DNA of 64,000 bases from Paracoccaceae bacterium (GCA_031398695.1 JANNNU010000127.1:12011-76010); one strand, 5' to 3'; shown: positions 35,109 through 44,566, numbered from the stretch's first letter. A program made the numbers and translations. Notes: generated by a model not told the origin, from the sequence alone.

Positions 35109-35996
35109 ATGGCCGCCTATTGGAAAGCGAACCAGCGCAGACTGGCCCCGTGGCTGTTTCTGGCCCCGGGCCTGATCATGTTCGCGGTCTATGTGGTCAT
35201 CCCGATCTTTCAGTCGATGGCGATTTCGTTCTACGATTGGGACGGGCTGGGCGAGGCAGAGTGGATCGGCACCGCGAACTACGTCGAGTTGATCGACGAC
35301 GACGCGTTCTACACCTCGCTGTGGAACAACGTGCTGTGGCTGGTCCTGTACATGCTGGCCGTCCCGGCCGGTCTGATGATCGCCATCTTCCTGAACCAGA
35401 CGGTCTGGGGGATGCGCGCCTACAAGTCGTTGTTTTTCTTTCCCTTCGTCATCAGCCAGGTGGTCGTCGGCCTGATGTTCGCCTGGTTTTATGCGCCGAA
35501 TTTCGGCCTGCTGTATCAACTGATCGAATGGGCAACGGGTGCGCAGGTGGCGATTCTGGCGGACGAGCGGTATGTCACCTATGGCATCATCGTGGCCGGG
35601 CTCTGGCCGCAGATCGCCTATGTGATGATCCTGTACCTGACCGGCCTGAACAACGTGGCCCCCGACCAGATCGAGGCGGCGCGGCTCGATGGAGCCAAGG
35701 GCTGGCGGATGCTGTGGTATGTGATTATCCCGCAGTTGCGCCCAGCGACTTTCATCGCGGTGGTGGTGACGGTGATCGGGGCGCTGCGCAGTTTCGATCT
35801 GGTGTCGATCATGACCAATGGCGGGCCCTACGGGTCGAGCCGGGTGCTGTCGTTCTACATGTATGAACAGGCGCTGTCGGAGTATGGTTATCGGATGGGC
35901 TACGGCGCGTCGATTGCGGTAGTGTTGTTCGCCATCATGATGGTGTTCATCTCGGGCTTCATCTGGAAGATGTGGCGCGACGAGACGGAGCGCTAG
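35109..35996 (+). CDS. sugar ABC transporter permease (MalF/UgpA-like)
   Basis: MAAYWKANQRRLAPWLFLAPGLIMFAVYVV... with an EAA-loop region (IEAARLDGAKGWRMLWYVIIPQLRP). ATG at 35109 with GAGG upstream. Confidence 0.85.
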   Translation: MAAYWKANQRRLAPWLFLAPGLIMFAVYVVIPIFQSMAISFYDWDGLGEAEWIGTANYVELIDDDAFYTSLWNNVLWLVLYMLAVPAGLMIAIFLNQTVWGMRAYKSLFFFPFVISQVVVGLMFAWFYAPNFGLLYQLIEWATGAQVAILADERYVTYGIIVAGLWPQIAYVMILYLTGLNNVAPDQIEAARLDGAKGWRMLWYVIIPQLRPATFIAVVVTVIGALRSFDLVSIMTNGGPYGSSRVLSFYMYEQALSEYGYRMGYGASIAVVLFAIMMVFISGFIWKMWRDETER

Positions 35997-35999
35997 GCG

Positions 36000-36845
36000 A
36001 TGTTCCCCAGACCCATCGAGCAGACCTCGCCCGCGGCGCAGCTCGCCTACAAGATCGCGCTGCCGGTGGCGCTGGTGCTGTGGCTCTTGCCGCTGTTGGG
36101 GGTGGCGATGACGTCGGTGCGGCCCGCGTCGGACCTTGCACAGGGAAATTACTTCGGCTGGCCCTCGGCGCTGGCGTTCGACAACTACGTATCGGTGTTT
36201 CGCGACAGCAACATCGCGCAATACATGCTCAACTCGTTCAAGGTCACGATCCCGACGGTGATCGGCTGCCTGATCCTGTCGACGATGACCGGGTTCGCGC
36301 TCGCCATCTACAAATTCCGGTCCAACCTGCTGATCTTCTTCCTGTTCGTCGCCGGAAACTTCGTGCCGTTCCAGATCCTGATGGTACCGGTGCGCGACCT
36401 GACGTTGTCGCTGGGCCTCTACAACTCGTCGGCGGGGCTGGCGTTGTTCCACATCGCCTTCCAGACCGGATTCTGCACGCTCTTCATGCGCAACTTCATC
36501 AAGGCGCTGCCGTTCGAGTTGATCGAGGCGGCGCGGGTCGAAGGCGTGACAGAGGTCAGGATTTTCTGGTACATCGTGCTGCCCCTGATGCGCCCGGCCA
36601 TCGCGGCGCTGTCGGTGCTGGTGTTCACCTTCATCTGGAACGATTTCTTCTGGGCCACCGTGCTGACCACCAGCGCCGAAACCCAACCCGTCACCGCCGG
36701 ACTGTCGTCGTTGAACGGCCAGTGGATCGCCGCCTGGCATCTGGTGTCCGCCGGGTCGATCATTGCCGCCATGCCGCCCGTGCTGATGTTCTTTGCCATG
36801 CAGAAGCATTTCATCGCGGGCCTCACTCTTGGAGCTGTCAAATGA
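36000..36845 (+). CDS. sugar ABC transporter permease (MalG/UgpE-like)
   Basis: 281 aa with EAA loop LIEAARVEGVTEVRIFWYIVLPLMRP. Confidence 0.85.
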   Translation: MFPRPIEQTSPAAQLAYKIALPVALVLWLLPLLGVAMTSVRPASDLAQGNYFGWPSALAFDNYVSVFRDSNIAQYMLNSFKVTIPTVIGCLILSTMTGFALAIYKFRSNLLIFFLFVAGNFVPFQILMVPVRDLTLSLGLYNSSAGLALFHIAFQTGFCTLFMRNFIKALPFELIEAARVEGVTEVRIFWYIVLPLMRPAIAALSVLVFTFIWNDFFWATVLTTSAETQPVTAGLSSLNGQWIAAWHLVSAGSIIAAMPPVLMFFAMQKHFIAGLTLGAVK

Positions 36846-38197
36846 CCAAGATCGCCTTCATCGGGGCCGGATCGACCGTTTTCATGAAGAACCTGATCGG
36901 CGATGCGCTGAGCATGCCCGCGCTGTCTGGGTCCACCATCGCGCTGATGGACATCGACGCGAAACGGCTGGCCGAATCCGAAATGGTCTGCGCCAAGATG
37001 ATCGCCACGCTGGGGGTGCCCGCACAATTGGAGACACATTCGGATCAGAAGCGGGCCATTGCTGGCGCGAATTTCGTGATCGTGGCGTTCCAGATCGGCG
37101 GCTACAAGCCCTGCACGGTGACCGATTTCGAAATCCCGAAAACCTATGGGCTGCGCCAGACCATCGCCGACACGTTGGGCATCGGCGGCATCATGCGCGG
37201 CCTGCGCACCGTGCCGCATCTTTGGTCGCTGGCGGAGGATATGGCGCAGGTCTGCCCGGACGCCATCATGTTGCAATATGTCAACCCGATGGCGATAAAC
37301 ACCTGGGCTTTGGGTGCGAAATATCCAGATTTGAAACAGGTGGGCCTGTGCCATTCGGTGCAGGGAACCGCGGCAGAGCTGGCGCGCGACCTCGACATCC
37401 CGGTCGATCAGCTGCGCTATCGCGCGGCGGGGATCAACCACATGGCGTTCTATCTGAACTTCGAAGCGCGCAACGCGAACGGGACATACCGCGACCTCTA
37501 CCCCGCCTTGCGCGACGGTTATGCGGCAGGGCGCATCCCCAAGCCGTCACACTGGAACGACCGCTGCCCCAACAAGGTGCGCTACGAGGTGATGACCCAC
37601 CTGGGCTATTTCGTCACCGAGTCGTCCGAGCATTTCGCCGAATACGTGCCGTGGTTCATCAAGGACAACCGCCCCGACCTGATCGAAACGTTCGGCATTC
37701 CACTGGACGAATACCCGATGCGCTGCGAAGAACAGATTGCGAAGTGGGAAAAGCAGGCGGCAGACATGCGCTCGGCCACGATGATCGAGGTGACCCCGAC
37801 GCATGAATACGCGGCCACCATCATGAGTTCCGTCGTCACCGGCGCGCCTTCGGTGATCTACGGCAACATCCCGAACCGCGGTTACATCCCGCAGTTGCCC
37901 GAGGGTGCCGCGGTCGAGGTGCCGGTGCTGGTCGATGCCAACGGGTTGCAACCCACGCTGGTCAAGGGGATTCCGCCGCAACTGGTCGCGCTGATGCGGA
38001 CCAACGTGAACGTTCAGGAACTGACGGTCGCCGCCCTGATGGAGGAAAGCCGCGAGCATATCTATCACGCGGCCTACCTTGATCCCCACACCGCGGCAGA
38101 GCTTGACCTGCGCCAGATCCGCCGGCTGGTCGATGACCTGATCGCGGCGCACGGGCCCTGGATGCCCGCCTGGCTGCAAACCCGCCGGGCTGCTTGA
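36842..38197 (+). CDS. glycoside hydrolase family 4 (NAD/Mn-dependent alpha-galactosidase/alpha-glucosidase, MelA/AglA-like)
   Basis: MTKIAFIGAGSTVFMKNLIGD is the Rossmann N-terminus typical of GH4, with CHS in GLCHSVQGT. The ATG at 36842 overlaps the upstream stop (ATGA). Confidence 0.8.
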   Translation: MTKIAFIGAGSTVFMKNLIGDALSMPALSGSTIALMDIDAKRLAESEMVCAKMIATLGVPAQLETHSDQKRAIAGANFVIVAFQIGGYKPCTVTDFEIPKTYGLRQTIADTLGIGGIMRGLRTVPHLWSLAEDMAQVCPDAIMLQYVNPMAINTWALGAKYPDLKQVGLCHSVQGTAAELARDLDIPVDQLRYRAAGINHMAFYLNFEARNANGTYRDLYPALRDGYAAGRIPKPSHWNDRCPNKVRYEVMTHLGYFVTESSEHFAEYVPWFIKDNRPDLIETFGIPLDEYPMRCEEQIAKWEKQAADMRSATMIEVTPTHEYAATIMSSVVTGAPSVIYGNIPNRGYIPQLPEGAAVEVPVLVDANGLQPTLVKGIPPQLVALMRTNVNVQELTVAALMEESREHIYHAAYLDPHTAAELDLRQIRRLVDDLIAAHGPWMPAWLQTRRAA

Positions 38198-39084
38198 TGA
38201 CGCCAGACTGGATCGCCGTCGATTGGGGAACCTCGAACCTGCGGGTCTGGGCCATGGGGCCAGACGGGCCATTGGCGCAGGCGCAATCGGACCATGGCAT
38301 GGGCCGCCTGACGCGCGATCAGTTCGAATCTGCGCTGCTGGCGCTGATCGCACCGTGGCTCGGGCCGGGTGTGTTGCCGGTGATGGCGTGCGGGATGGTC
38401 GGCAGTCGCCAGGGCTGGTTCGAGGCACCGTACCGTACCGTCCCCTGCGTGCCGCTGGATGCGGCCGTGCCGGTTCCGACACACGATCCGCGGATCAGGT
38501 TGCGCATCGCGCCGGGCCTGAAACAGGTCGGCCCGGCCGATGTGATGCGCGGCGAGGAAACCCAGATCGCGGGGGCGCTGGCACTCGGCGCGGCAGATGG
38601 GGTGATCTGCCTGCCCGGCACGCATTCGAAATGGGCTCAGGTCAGCGCGGGCGAGGTGGTGTCGTTCCAGACCTGCATGACGGGCGAACTGTTCGCGCTG
38701 TTGTCCGAACAGTCGGTCCTGCGGCACGGAATGGTGGGCGACGGATTTGACGACCCCGCCTTCGACGCCGCCGTGTCCGACGCGCTGTCACGGCCCGAAA
38801 AGATTGCCGCACGGCTGTTTGCCTTGCGGGCCGAGGCGTTGATCGGCGGTCTGGCGCCCGCGTCGGCACGCGCCCGGCTGTCAGGCCTGCTGATCGGTCT
38901 GGAACTGGCCGCGATGAAGCCATATTGGCTGGGTCAGGCGGTGACGTTGGTCGGGGCGCCTGCGATATCAAGGCTTTACGCCCGCGCCTTGGCCGCGCAG
39001 GGTCTGGTGGCGCAGGTGCTGCCCGCCACCGACTGCACGCTGGCCGGCCTGACCCAGGCCATGACACTGGAGACGCAAAAGTGA
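38194..39084 (+). CDS. dgoK: 2-dehydro-3-deoxygalactonokinase
   Basis: [21 protein letters not shown]...[11 protein letters not shown]...LPGTHSKW are DgoK signatures. Confidence 0.8.
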   Translation: MMTPDWIAVDWGTSNLRVWAMGPDGPLAQAQSDHGMGRLTRDQFESALLALIAPWLGPGVLPVMACGMVGSRQGWFEAPYRTVPCVPLDAAVPVPTHDPRIRLRIAPGLKQVGPADVMRGEETQIAGALALGAADGVICLPGTHSKWAQVSAGEVVSFQTCMTGELFALLSEQSVLRHGMVGDGFDDPAFDAAVSDALSRPEKIAARLFALRAEALIGGLAPASARARLSGLLIGLELAAMKPYWLGQAVTLVGAPAISRLYARALAAQGLVAQVLPATDCTLAGLTQAMTLETQK

Positions 39085-39689
39085 ACCATCGCCCGTTGAT
39101 CGCCATCCTGCGCGGCATCACCCCGCCCGAGGCGGTGCCGGTGGCCGAGGCCTTGATCGCCGCCGGGATCACCCGAATCGAGGTGCCCTTGAACTCGCCC
39201 GATCCGCTCGTGTCGATCGCGGCGATGGTGCAGGCCTGTGCCAGCCGTGCCGAAATCGGGGCGGGAACCGTGCTGACCGCAGCACAGGTCGAGGCGGTCG
39301 CCGGTCATGGGGGGCGACTGATCGTGTCGCCGAACTGCAACCCCGACGTGATCCGCACGACCAAGGCCCTCGGGCTGGCCAGCTGGCCGGGGGTGATGAC
39401 CCCGACCTAATGTTTCGCGGCGCTGGACGCCGGAGCGGACGGGTTGAAGATCTTTCCGGCCAGTCTGATCGGACCCGACGGTTTGAAGGCGGTCCGCGCG
39501 GTCTTGCCGGCGGACTGCGCGGTCTATGCGGTGGGCGGGGCCGGGCCTGCAAACTTCGGGGCGTGGATGGCCGCCGGGGCGAACGGCTTTGGCCTTGGCA
39601 CGGCGCTTTACACGCCGGGCCTGACCATGCCCGAGGTTGGCGCACGGGCGGCGCAGATCGTTGCGGCTTTTGACGGAGTGGTGCGATGA
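39081..39689 (+). pseudogene. dgoA: 2-dehydro-3-deoxy-6-phosphogalactonate aldolase interrupted by one in-frame TAA
   Basis: The GTG at 39081 overlaps the dgoK stop. The sequence [14 protein letters not shown]...GVMTPT-TAA(39408-39410)-CFAALDAGADGLKIFPAS...AVGGAG stays in a single frame. The stop occupies the position of the conserved Glu in the E. coli DgoA stretch TATEAFTALEAGAQALKIFPSS. Confidence 0.75.
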
Positions 39690-40543
39690 TATTCGACGAT
39701 CGGCTGTGCGAGCTTGGCGAGGGGCCGCTGTGGCATCCAGAGCGCAAGCAACTGTTCTGGTTCGATATCCTGCGCAACCGCATGCTGTCGCAGACACCCG
39801 AGGGGCCGCAGGAATGGCAGTTCGGCGAACGGGTTTCGGCGGCAGGCTGGATCAGCCTGGACGAGTTGCTGATCGCGTCGGAAACCGCCTTGTTCCGGTT
39901 TCATTTGCACACCGGCGCGCGTGAAACGGTGGCCGATCTCGAGCCCGAACTGGCTGGCAACCGGTCGAACGACGGGCGCGCCGATCCGATGGGTGGCTTC
40001 TGGATCGGAACGATGGGCAAGCGGGGCGATGACGACCGCAAGGCGGGCGCGATCTACCGCTATCATCGGGGCGTGCTGCGCAAGGTCTATGGCGGGGTCA
40101 CGATCCCCAACGCGATCTGTTTTTCCGCCGACGGGCGTACGGCCCATTTCGCGGATACGCCGACGCAAAAGGTGATGCGGGTGTCGCTCGATGCGCAGGG
40201 CTGGCCGTCGGGCGAGCCCGAGATCTATCTGGATCTGTCATCCAGGGATCTGTTTCCGGACGGCGCGGTGACGGACGCGGCGGGCAATCTGTGGCTGGCC
40301 CAATGGGGCGCCGCGCGGATCACCTGCTATGCGCCGAACGGCGCGCTTTTGCGCAGCGTCGATGTCGCGGCGCCCAACACCTCGTGTCCGGCCTTCGGCG
40401 GCGCCGACATGGCCACCCTGTTCTGCACCACGGCCTTGCAAGACATGCCTGCGGCGGCACGGGCCGCCTATCCCGATGCCGGAAAGACGTTTTCCGTCGC
40501 GGACGTAGCGCGCGGGCGGGCCGAGCCGCGGGTGATCCTGTGA
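39686..40543 (+). CDS. SMP-30/gluconolactonase/LRE family lactonase (probable galactonolactonase)
   Basis: 285 aa. CELGEGPLWHP, NDGRADPMGGFWIGTM, PNAICFSADG and LFPDGAVTDAAGNLWLAQWG are typical propeller motifs. Confidence 0.75.
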   Translation: MIFDDRLCELGEGPLWHPERKQLFWFDILRNRMLSQTPEGPQEWQFGERVSAAGWISLDELLIASETALFRFHLHTGARETVADLEPELAGNRSNDGRADPMGGFWIGTMGKRGDDDRKAGAIYRYHRGVLRKVYGGVTIPNAICFSADGRTAHFADTPTQKVMRVSLDAQGWPSGEPEIYLDLSSRDLFPDGAVTDAAGNLWLAQWGAARITCYAPNGALLRSVDVAAPNTSCPAFGGADMATLFCTTALQDMPAAARAAYPDAGKTFSVADVARGRAEPRVIL

Positions 40544-42435
40544 AGCGCACGCTGGGGGTCTGCTATTATCCCGAACACTGGGACGAGGCGGTGTGGGAAC
40601 GCGATGCCGCGCGGATGGCAAGCCTCGGGTTGACCTGGGTGCGGATCGGCGAGTTCGCCTGGGGCCGGACGGAGCCGGTGGAGGGCCAATATGACTGGGG
40701 CTGGTTGGACCGCGCAATTGCGGTGCTGGGGGCGGCGGGGCTGAAGGTGGTCTTGGGCACGCCCACCGCGACGCCGCCGCGCTGGATGCTGACCAAACAT
40801 CCCGACATGTTGGCTTTGGACAAGGAAGGCCGCCCCAGGGGCTTTGGATCGCGCCGACATTATTGCTTTTCGTCAAGGCCGTATCGCGCCGAATGCGCGC
40901 GGATCGTCGGCGCAATGGCCGAGCGGTACGGCCGCAAGCCGCATGTGGCGGCCTGGCAGACCGACAACGAATACGCCTGCCATGACACCACGCTGTCCTA
41001 TTCGGCGGCGGCGTTGGGCGCGTTTCGCGACTGGCTGGCGCAACGGTATCAAAGCCCGCAAGCGTTGAACCGGGCCTGGGGCAATGTGTTCTGGTCGATG
41101 GACTATGCCAGTTTCGACGAGATCGGGCTGCCAAACCTGACGGTGACCGAGGCAAACCCCGCGCATGTCATGGCCTTCCGCCGCTTTGCCAGCGACGAGG
41201 TGGTGGGCTTCAACCGCCTGCAGGTCGACATCATCCGCCGCCATTCGAACGCGCCGATCGCGCACAACTACATGGGCCAGATCACCGATTTCGACCATTT
41301 CGCGGTGGGGGCCGATCTCGACATCGCGTCGTGGGACGCCTATCCGCTGGGGTTCCTGTCGGACCGCCTGCCGGCGACGCCCGAGCATCGGCGGCGGTTC
41401 GTCCGGCAGGGCGATCCGGACTTTCAGGCGTTTCACCACGATCTCTATCGTGCCGTGGGGCGCGGGCGCTGGTGGATCATGGAACAGCAGCCCGGCCCGG
41501 TGAACTGGGCCCCCTGGAACCCAGACCCGCTGCCCGGCATGGCGCGGCTTTGGGCGTGGGAGGCGTTCGCGCACGGGGCGGAGGCGGTGTGCTATTTCCG
41601 CTGGCGGCAGGCGCCGTTCGCGCAGGAACAGATGCATGCCGGACTGTTGCGCCCGGATTCCGTAGGGGCCCCGGCCTTTGGCGAGGCCGGGCAGGTGGCC
41701 ACCGAGTTGGCGCAGATGCCCGACGTGGCCGTCGAACAGGCCCCGGTCGCGCTGGTGTTCGACTATGCCTCGGCCTGGGCGTGGGAGACGCAGCCCCAGG
41801 GGCGCGATTTCAGCTATTTCCGGCTGGTGTTCGAGGCGTATCGCGCTCTGCGGCGGCTGGGCCAGAACGTTGACATCCTGCCGCCCGACGTGGCCGACCT
41901 GTCGGGCTACGCGCTGGTGCTGGTGCCTGGGGTGGCAACGCTGTCCCCTGCCCTGCTGGGCGCCCTGGCGGCGTTTGACGGCACTTCGCTGATCGGTCCC
42001 CGCACCAACGCGAAAACGCCCGAGTTTGCAACGCCGGTGCCGCTGGCCCCCAACCTGCCGGGGCTGGACGCACGGGTGAGCCGCGTCGAAAGCCTGCCGC
42101 CGGATGTACCGGTGCCGTTGGCGGCGGGCGGGCAGTTCCTGCACTGGCGGGAAAAGCTGGAAGGAACGGCGGAGGTGGTCGAGGCTTGCGCGGATGGGTT
42201 TCCAGCACTGGTACGCACCGGCCGCCTGCACTATCTGACCGGCTGGCCGGATGCCGCGACCTGGGGGCGGATGCTGCGGGCGATGTGTGCCGAGGCCGGC
42301 ATCGCCGTGATCGACATGCCGGATGGTCTGCGCCAGCGGCACGCCGGCGGGGTGCGGTTTCTGTTCAACTATGACGCAGAGCCGGTCGCGTTTGACGGAG
42401 TGGTCGTGCCTGCCGCCGGGGTGCATTGGGGGTAA
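40540..42435 (+). CDS. glycoside hydrolase family 42 beta-galactosidase
   Basis: VKRTLGVCYYPEHWDEAVWERDAARMASLGLTWVRIGEFAWGRTEP...WQTDNEY is the GH42 N-terminal catalytic domain. The GTG at 40540 overlaps the upstream stop. Confidence 0.85.
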   Translation: MKRTLGVCYYPEHWDEAVWERDAARMASLGLTWVRIGEFAWGRTEPVEGQYDWGWLDRAIAVLGAAGLKVVLGTPTATPPRWMLTKHPDMLALDKEGRPRGFGSRRHYCFSSRPYRAECARIVGAMAERYGRKPHVAAWQTDNEYACHDTTLSYSAAALGAFRDWLAQRYQSPQALNRAWGNVFWSMDYASFDEIGLPNLTVTEANPAHVMAFRRFASDEVVGFNRLQVDIIRRHSNAPIAHNYMGQITDFDHFAVGADLDIASWDAYPLGFLSDRLPATPEHRRRFVRQGDPDFQAFHHDLYRAVGRGRWWIMEQQPGPVNWAPWNPDPLPGMARLWAWEAFAHGAEAVCYFRWRQAPFAQEQMHAGLLRPDSVGAPAFGEAGQVATELAQMPDVAVEQAPVALVFDYASAWAWETQPQGRDFSYFRLVFEAYRALRRLGQNVDILPPDVADLSGYALVLVPGVATLSPALLGALAAFDGTSLIGPRTNAKTPEFATPVPLAPNLPGLDARVSRVESLPPDVPVPLAAGGQFLHWREKLEGTAEVVEACADGFPALVRTGRLHYLTGWPDAATWGRMLRAMCAEAGIAVIDMPDGLRQRHAGGVRFLFNYDAEPVAFDGVVVPAAGVHWG

Positions 42436-42440
42436 GGGTC

Positions 42441-42492
42441 GCGTGGGGGCCAGCCCCCACACCCCCGGGATATTTGTGCCAAGGAGGAAGGG
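42441..42492. repeat. intergenic repeat element, copy C
   Basis: GCGTGGGGGCCAGCCCCCACACCCCCGGGATATTTGTGCCAAGGAGGAAGGG. Abuts the phnX stop (42493-42495), between convergent genes. Confidence 0.7.
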
Positions 42493-43284
42493 CTAGGCGG
42501 AAAGCTGTCGGACCAGGGCAGGCAGGTCGGCGATGGTGTCGATGACGTGGTCGGCCCCGGCGGCTTTGAGGCGCTCGGTGGCTGTGGCGCGCAGGCGGGC
42601 GACTTCGGCCGCAGGGGTGGCGGCGAGTGCCTCGGGCGTGAGGCCCACGATGTTGCCGGACAACGCGACGCCCACGGTCAGGCAGCCGGCGGCGACGCCT
42701 TCGAGGATGCCGGGTTCGGTGTCGTCGACCTTGATGACGGCGCTTGGCGGGTAGACGCGCAGGTCGATGAAGGTCTGATACATCTGCAAGGGACCCGGGC
42801 GGCCTTCGGCAAGGTCGTCGGCGCAGACCAGATTGTCGGGCTCGTAGCCTTGGGCTGCGGCCACGGGCAGGACGCGTTCCATGATCGAGCGGGTGTAGCC
42901 GGTGGTCGAGCCGATCTTGAGGCCCATGGCGCGCAGGGCGTCGATGGCGTCGCGGCCACCCGGGACGAGGGTTGCGTATTTCGCGACGACCTCTTCGTTC
43001 ATCGGGACGAAAATCTTGTAGATTTGATCGGTGGCGGCGTCATCGGCGGGGCTGCCTTGGGCGGTTTCCCATTGCGCGGCGAGGGGCGGGTCGGTCAGCA
43101 TGGTGCGGATGTGGTTCCATTTCGGCATGCCCATCGGCGCGCGCGCCTGCGCGACGGTGGCGGTGATGCCGAAGCGGGCGAACGCCTCGACGAACACGCC
43201 CATCGGGGCGAAGCTGCCGAAGTCGATGGTGGTGCCGGCCCAGTCGAAGACGACCGCCTTGAAGCTCGGGGCTTTGACGTTCAT
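42493..43284 (-). CDS. phnX: phosphonoacetaldehyde hydrolase (phosphonatase)
   Basis: MNVKAPSFKAVVFDWAGTTIDFGSFAPMGVFVEAF is the HAD motif I with the PhnX-type N-terminus. The ATG at 43284 overlaps the phnW stop (ATGA). Confidence 0.85.
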   Translation of the reverse strand: MNVKAPSFKAVVFDWAGTTIDFGSFAPMGVFVEAFARFGITATVAQARAPMGMPKWNHIRTMLTDPPLAAQWETAQGSPADDAATDQIYKIFVPMNEEVVAKYATLVPGGRDAIDALRAMGLKIGSTTGYTRSIMERVLPVAAAQGYEPDNLVCADDLAEGRPGPLQMYQTFIDLRVYPPSAVIKVDDTEPGILEGVAAGCLTVGVALSGNIVGLTPEALAATPAAEVARLRATATERLKAAGADHVIDTIADLPALVRQLSA

Positions 43285-44471
43285 GCGGCGACCTCTTTGA
43301 GGAAATGGGCGCGTTCTTGCAGCGATTTGGCCGGCGGGGCGGCTGATCCGACGCCCATGTCGCGCAAGGCATGGCGGGCGGCTTCGATGACCTGATCGAT
43401 CACCCCCGTGTCGAAGCGGCCGATGGTGCCGACACGGAAGCTGTCGACGGCGGTCAGTTTGCCGGGATAAAGGATGAACCCGCGCGCCTTCATCCGGTCG
43501 TAGAAATCGGGAAACGCGAAGGCCGGGTCGGCGGGGCAGAAGAACGTCGTGATGATCGGCGACAGCCATGCGTCGGCGAGCAGGGTTTCGAACCCCAGTT
43601 GCCGCATCCCGCCCACCAGACGGTTGCGGTTGGCGGCATAGCGGGCGCCGCGGGCCGCGACGCCGCCCTCGGCCTCGTGTTCGCGCAGCGCGGTCAGAAA
43701 GGCTGCGACGGCATGGGTGGGCGGGGTATAGCGCCACTGGCCGGACCGCTCCATCTCGGCCCACTGGGCACGCAGGTCGAGGCTGAGCGAATGGGCATTG
43801 CCCGCAGCGGCGGCCAGAACGTCGGTCCGGGCCAGCACGAAACCGAATCCGGGCACCCCCTCGATGCATTTGTTGGCGCTGCTGACCACCGCGTCGAAGG
43901 CGATTTCAGCGGGGAGCACGGGGACGGCGCCGAAGGCCGACATGCTGTCGATCAGCAGGCGGCGGCCGGCGGCTTCGGTCGCCTTGGCGATTTCGGTCAG
44001 GGGGTTGAGGATACCGGACGAGGTTTCGCAGTGGATCGCGACAACATGGGTGATGGTGGGATCGGCCTGCAACAGCGCCGTGATCTCGGCCCCGCGCGGC
44101 GGCAGATAATCGCCCTTGTCCAAGAGCGTGCAGGCGCGCCCCATCTGCGCCAACTGCCTGGCCGCCCGCTGGCCGTAGGCACCGTTGGCGAGCACCAGCG
44201 CATGACCATCGCGTCGCAGGAACGTCCCCAGCATCGCCTCGACGCAGTAGCTGCCCGACCCCTGCATCGGCACGCAGGTGTAGGCGTCCGCGCCATCGCC
44301 CAGAAGCGCGACCAGACGGCGGCGCATCTCGGCGGTCATGCTGCGAAAATCGGCGTCCCAGCTGCCCCAGTCAGTCAGCATCGCGGCCTTGACCGCATAC
44401 GAGGTGGACAGCGGCCCCGGCGTGAGGAGCCAGGGTTCACCCATCCGGGGGGGCTCGATCGTGACGGGCAT
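43281..44471 (-). CDS. phnW: 2-aminoethylphosphonate--pyruvate transaminase
   Basis: PWLLTPGPLSTSYAVKAAMLTDWGSWD...SSANKCIEGVPGFGF are class V aminotransferase / PhnW features. Start at 44471; alternatives are 44507 and 44573. Confidence 0.85.
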   Translation of the reverse strand: MPVTIEPPRMGEPWLLTPGPLSTSYAVKAAMLTDWGSWDADFRSMTAEMRRRLVALLGDGADAYTCVPMQGSGSYCVEAMLGTFLRRDGHALVLANGAYGQRAARQLAQMGRACTLLDKGDYLPPRGAEITALLQADPTITHVVAIHCETSSGILNPLTEIAKATEAAGRRLLIDSMSAFGAVPVLPAEIAFDAVVSSANKCIEGVPGFGFVLARTDVLAAAAGNAHSLSLDLRAQWAEMERSGQWRYTPPTHAVAAFLTALREHEAEGGVAARGARYAANRNRLVGGMRQLGFETLLADAWLSPIITTFFCPADPAFAFPDFYDRMKARGFILYPGKLTAVDSFRVGTIGRFDTGVIDQVIEAARHALRDMGVGSAAPPAKSLQERAHFLKEVAA

Positions 44472-44566
44472 GGCGGCTTCCGTGCTGCTGTTGTGCGGGT
44501 CAATCATGATCCTGTGACGTGCCAATGACAAGGCGCGCCCCAAGGTTTGACGCGCGGCTGGTGCGG

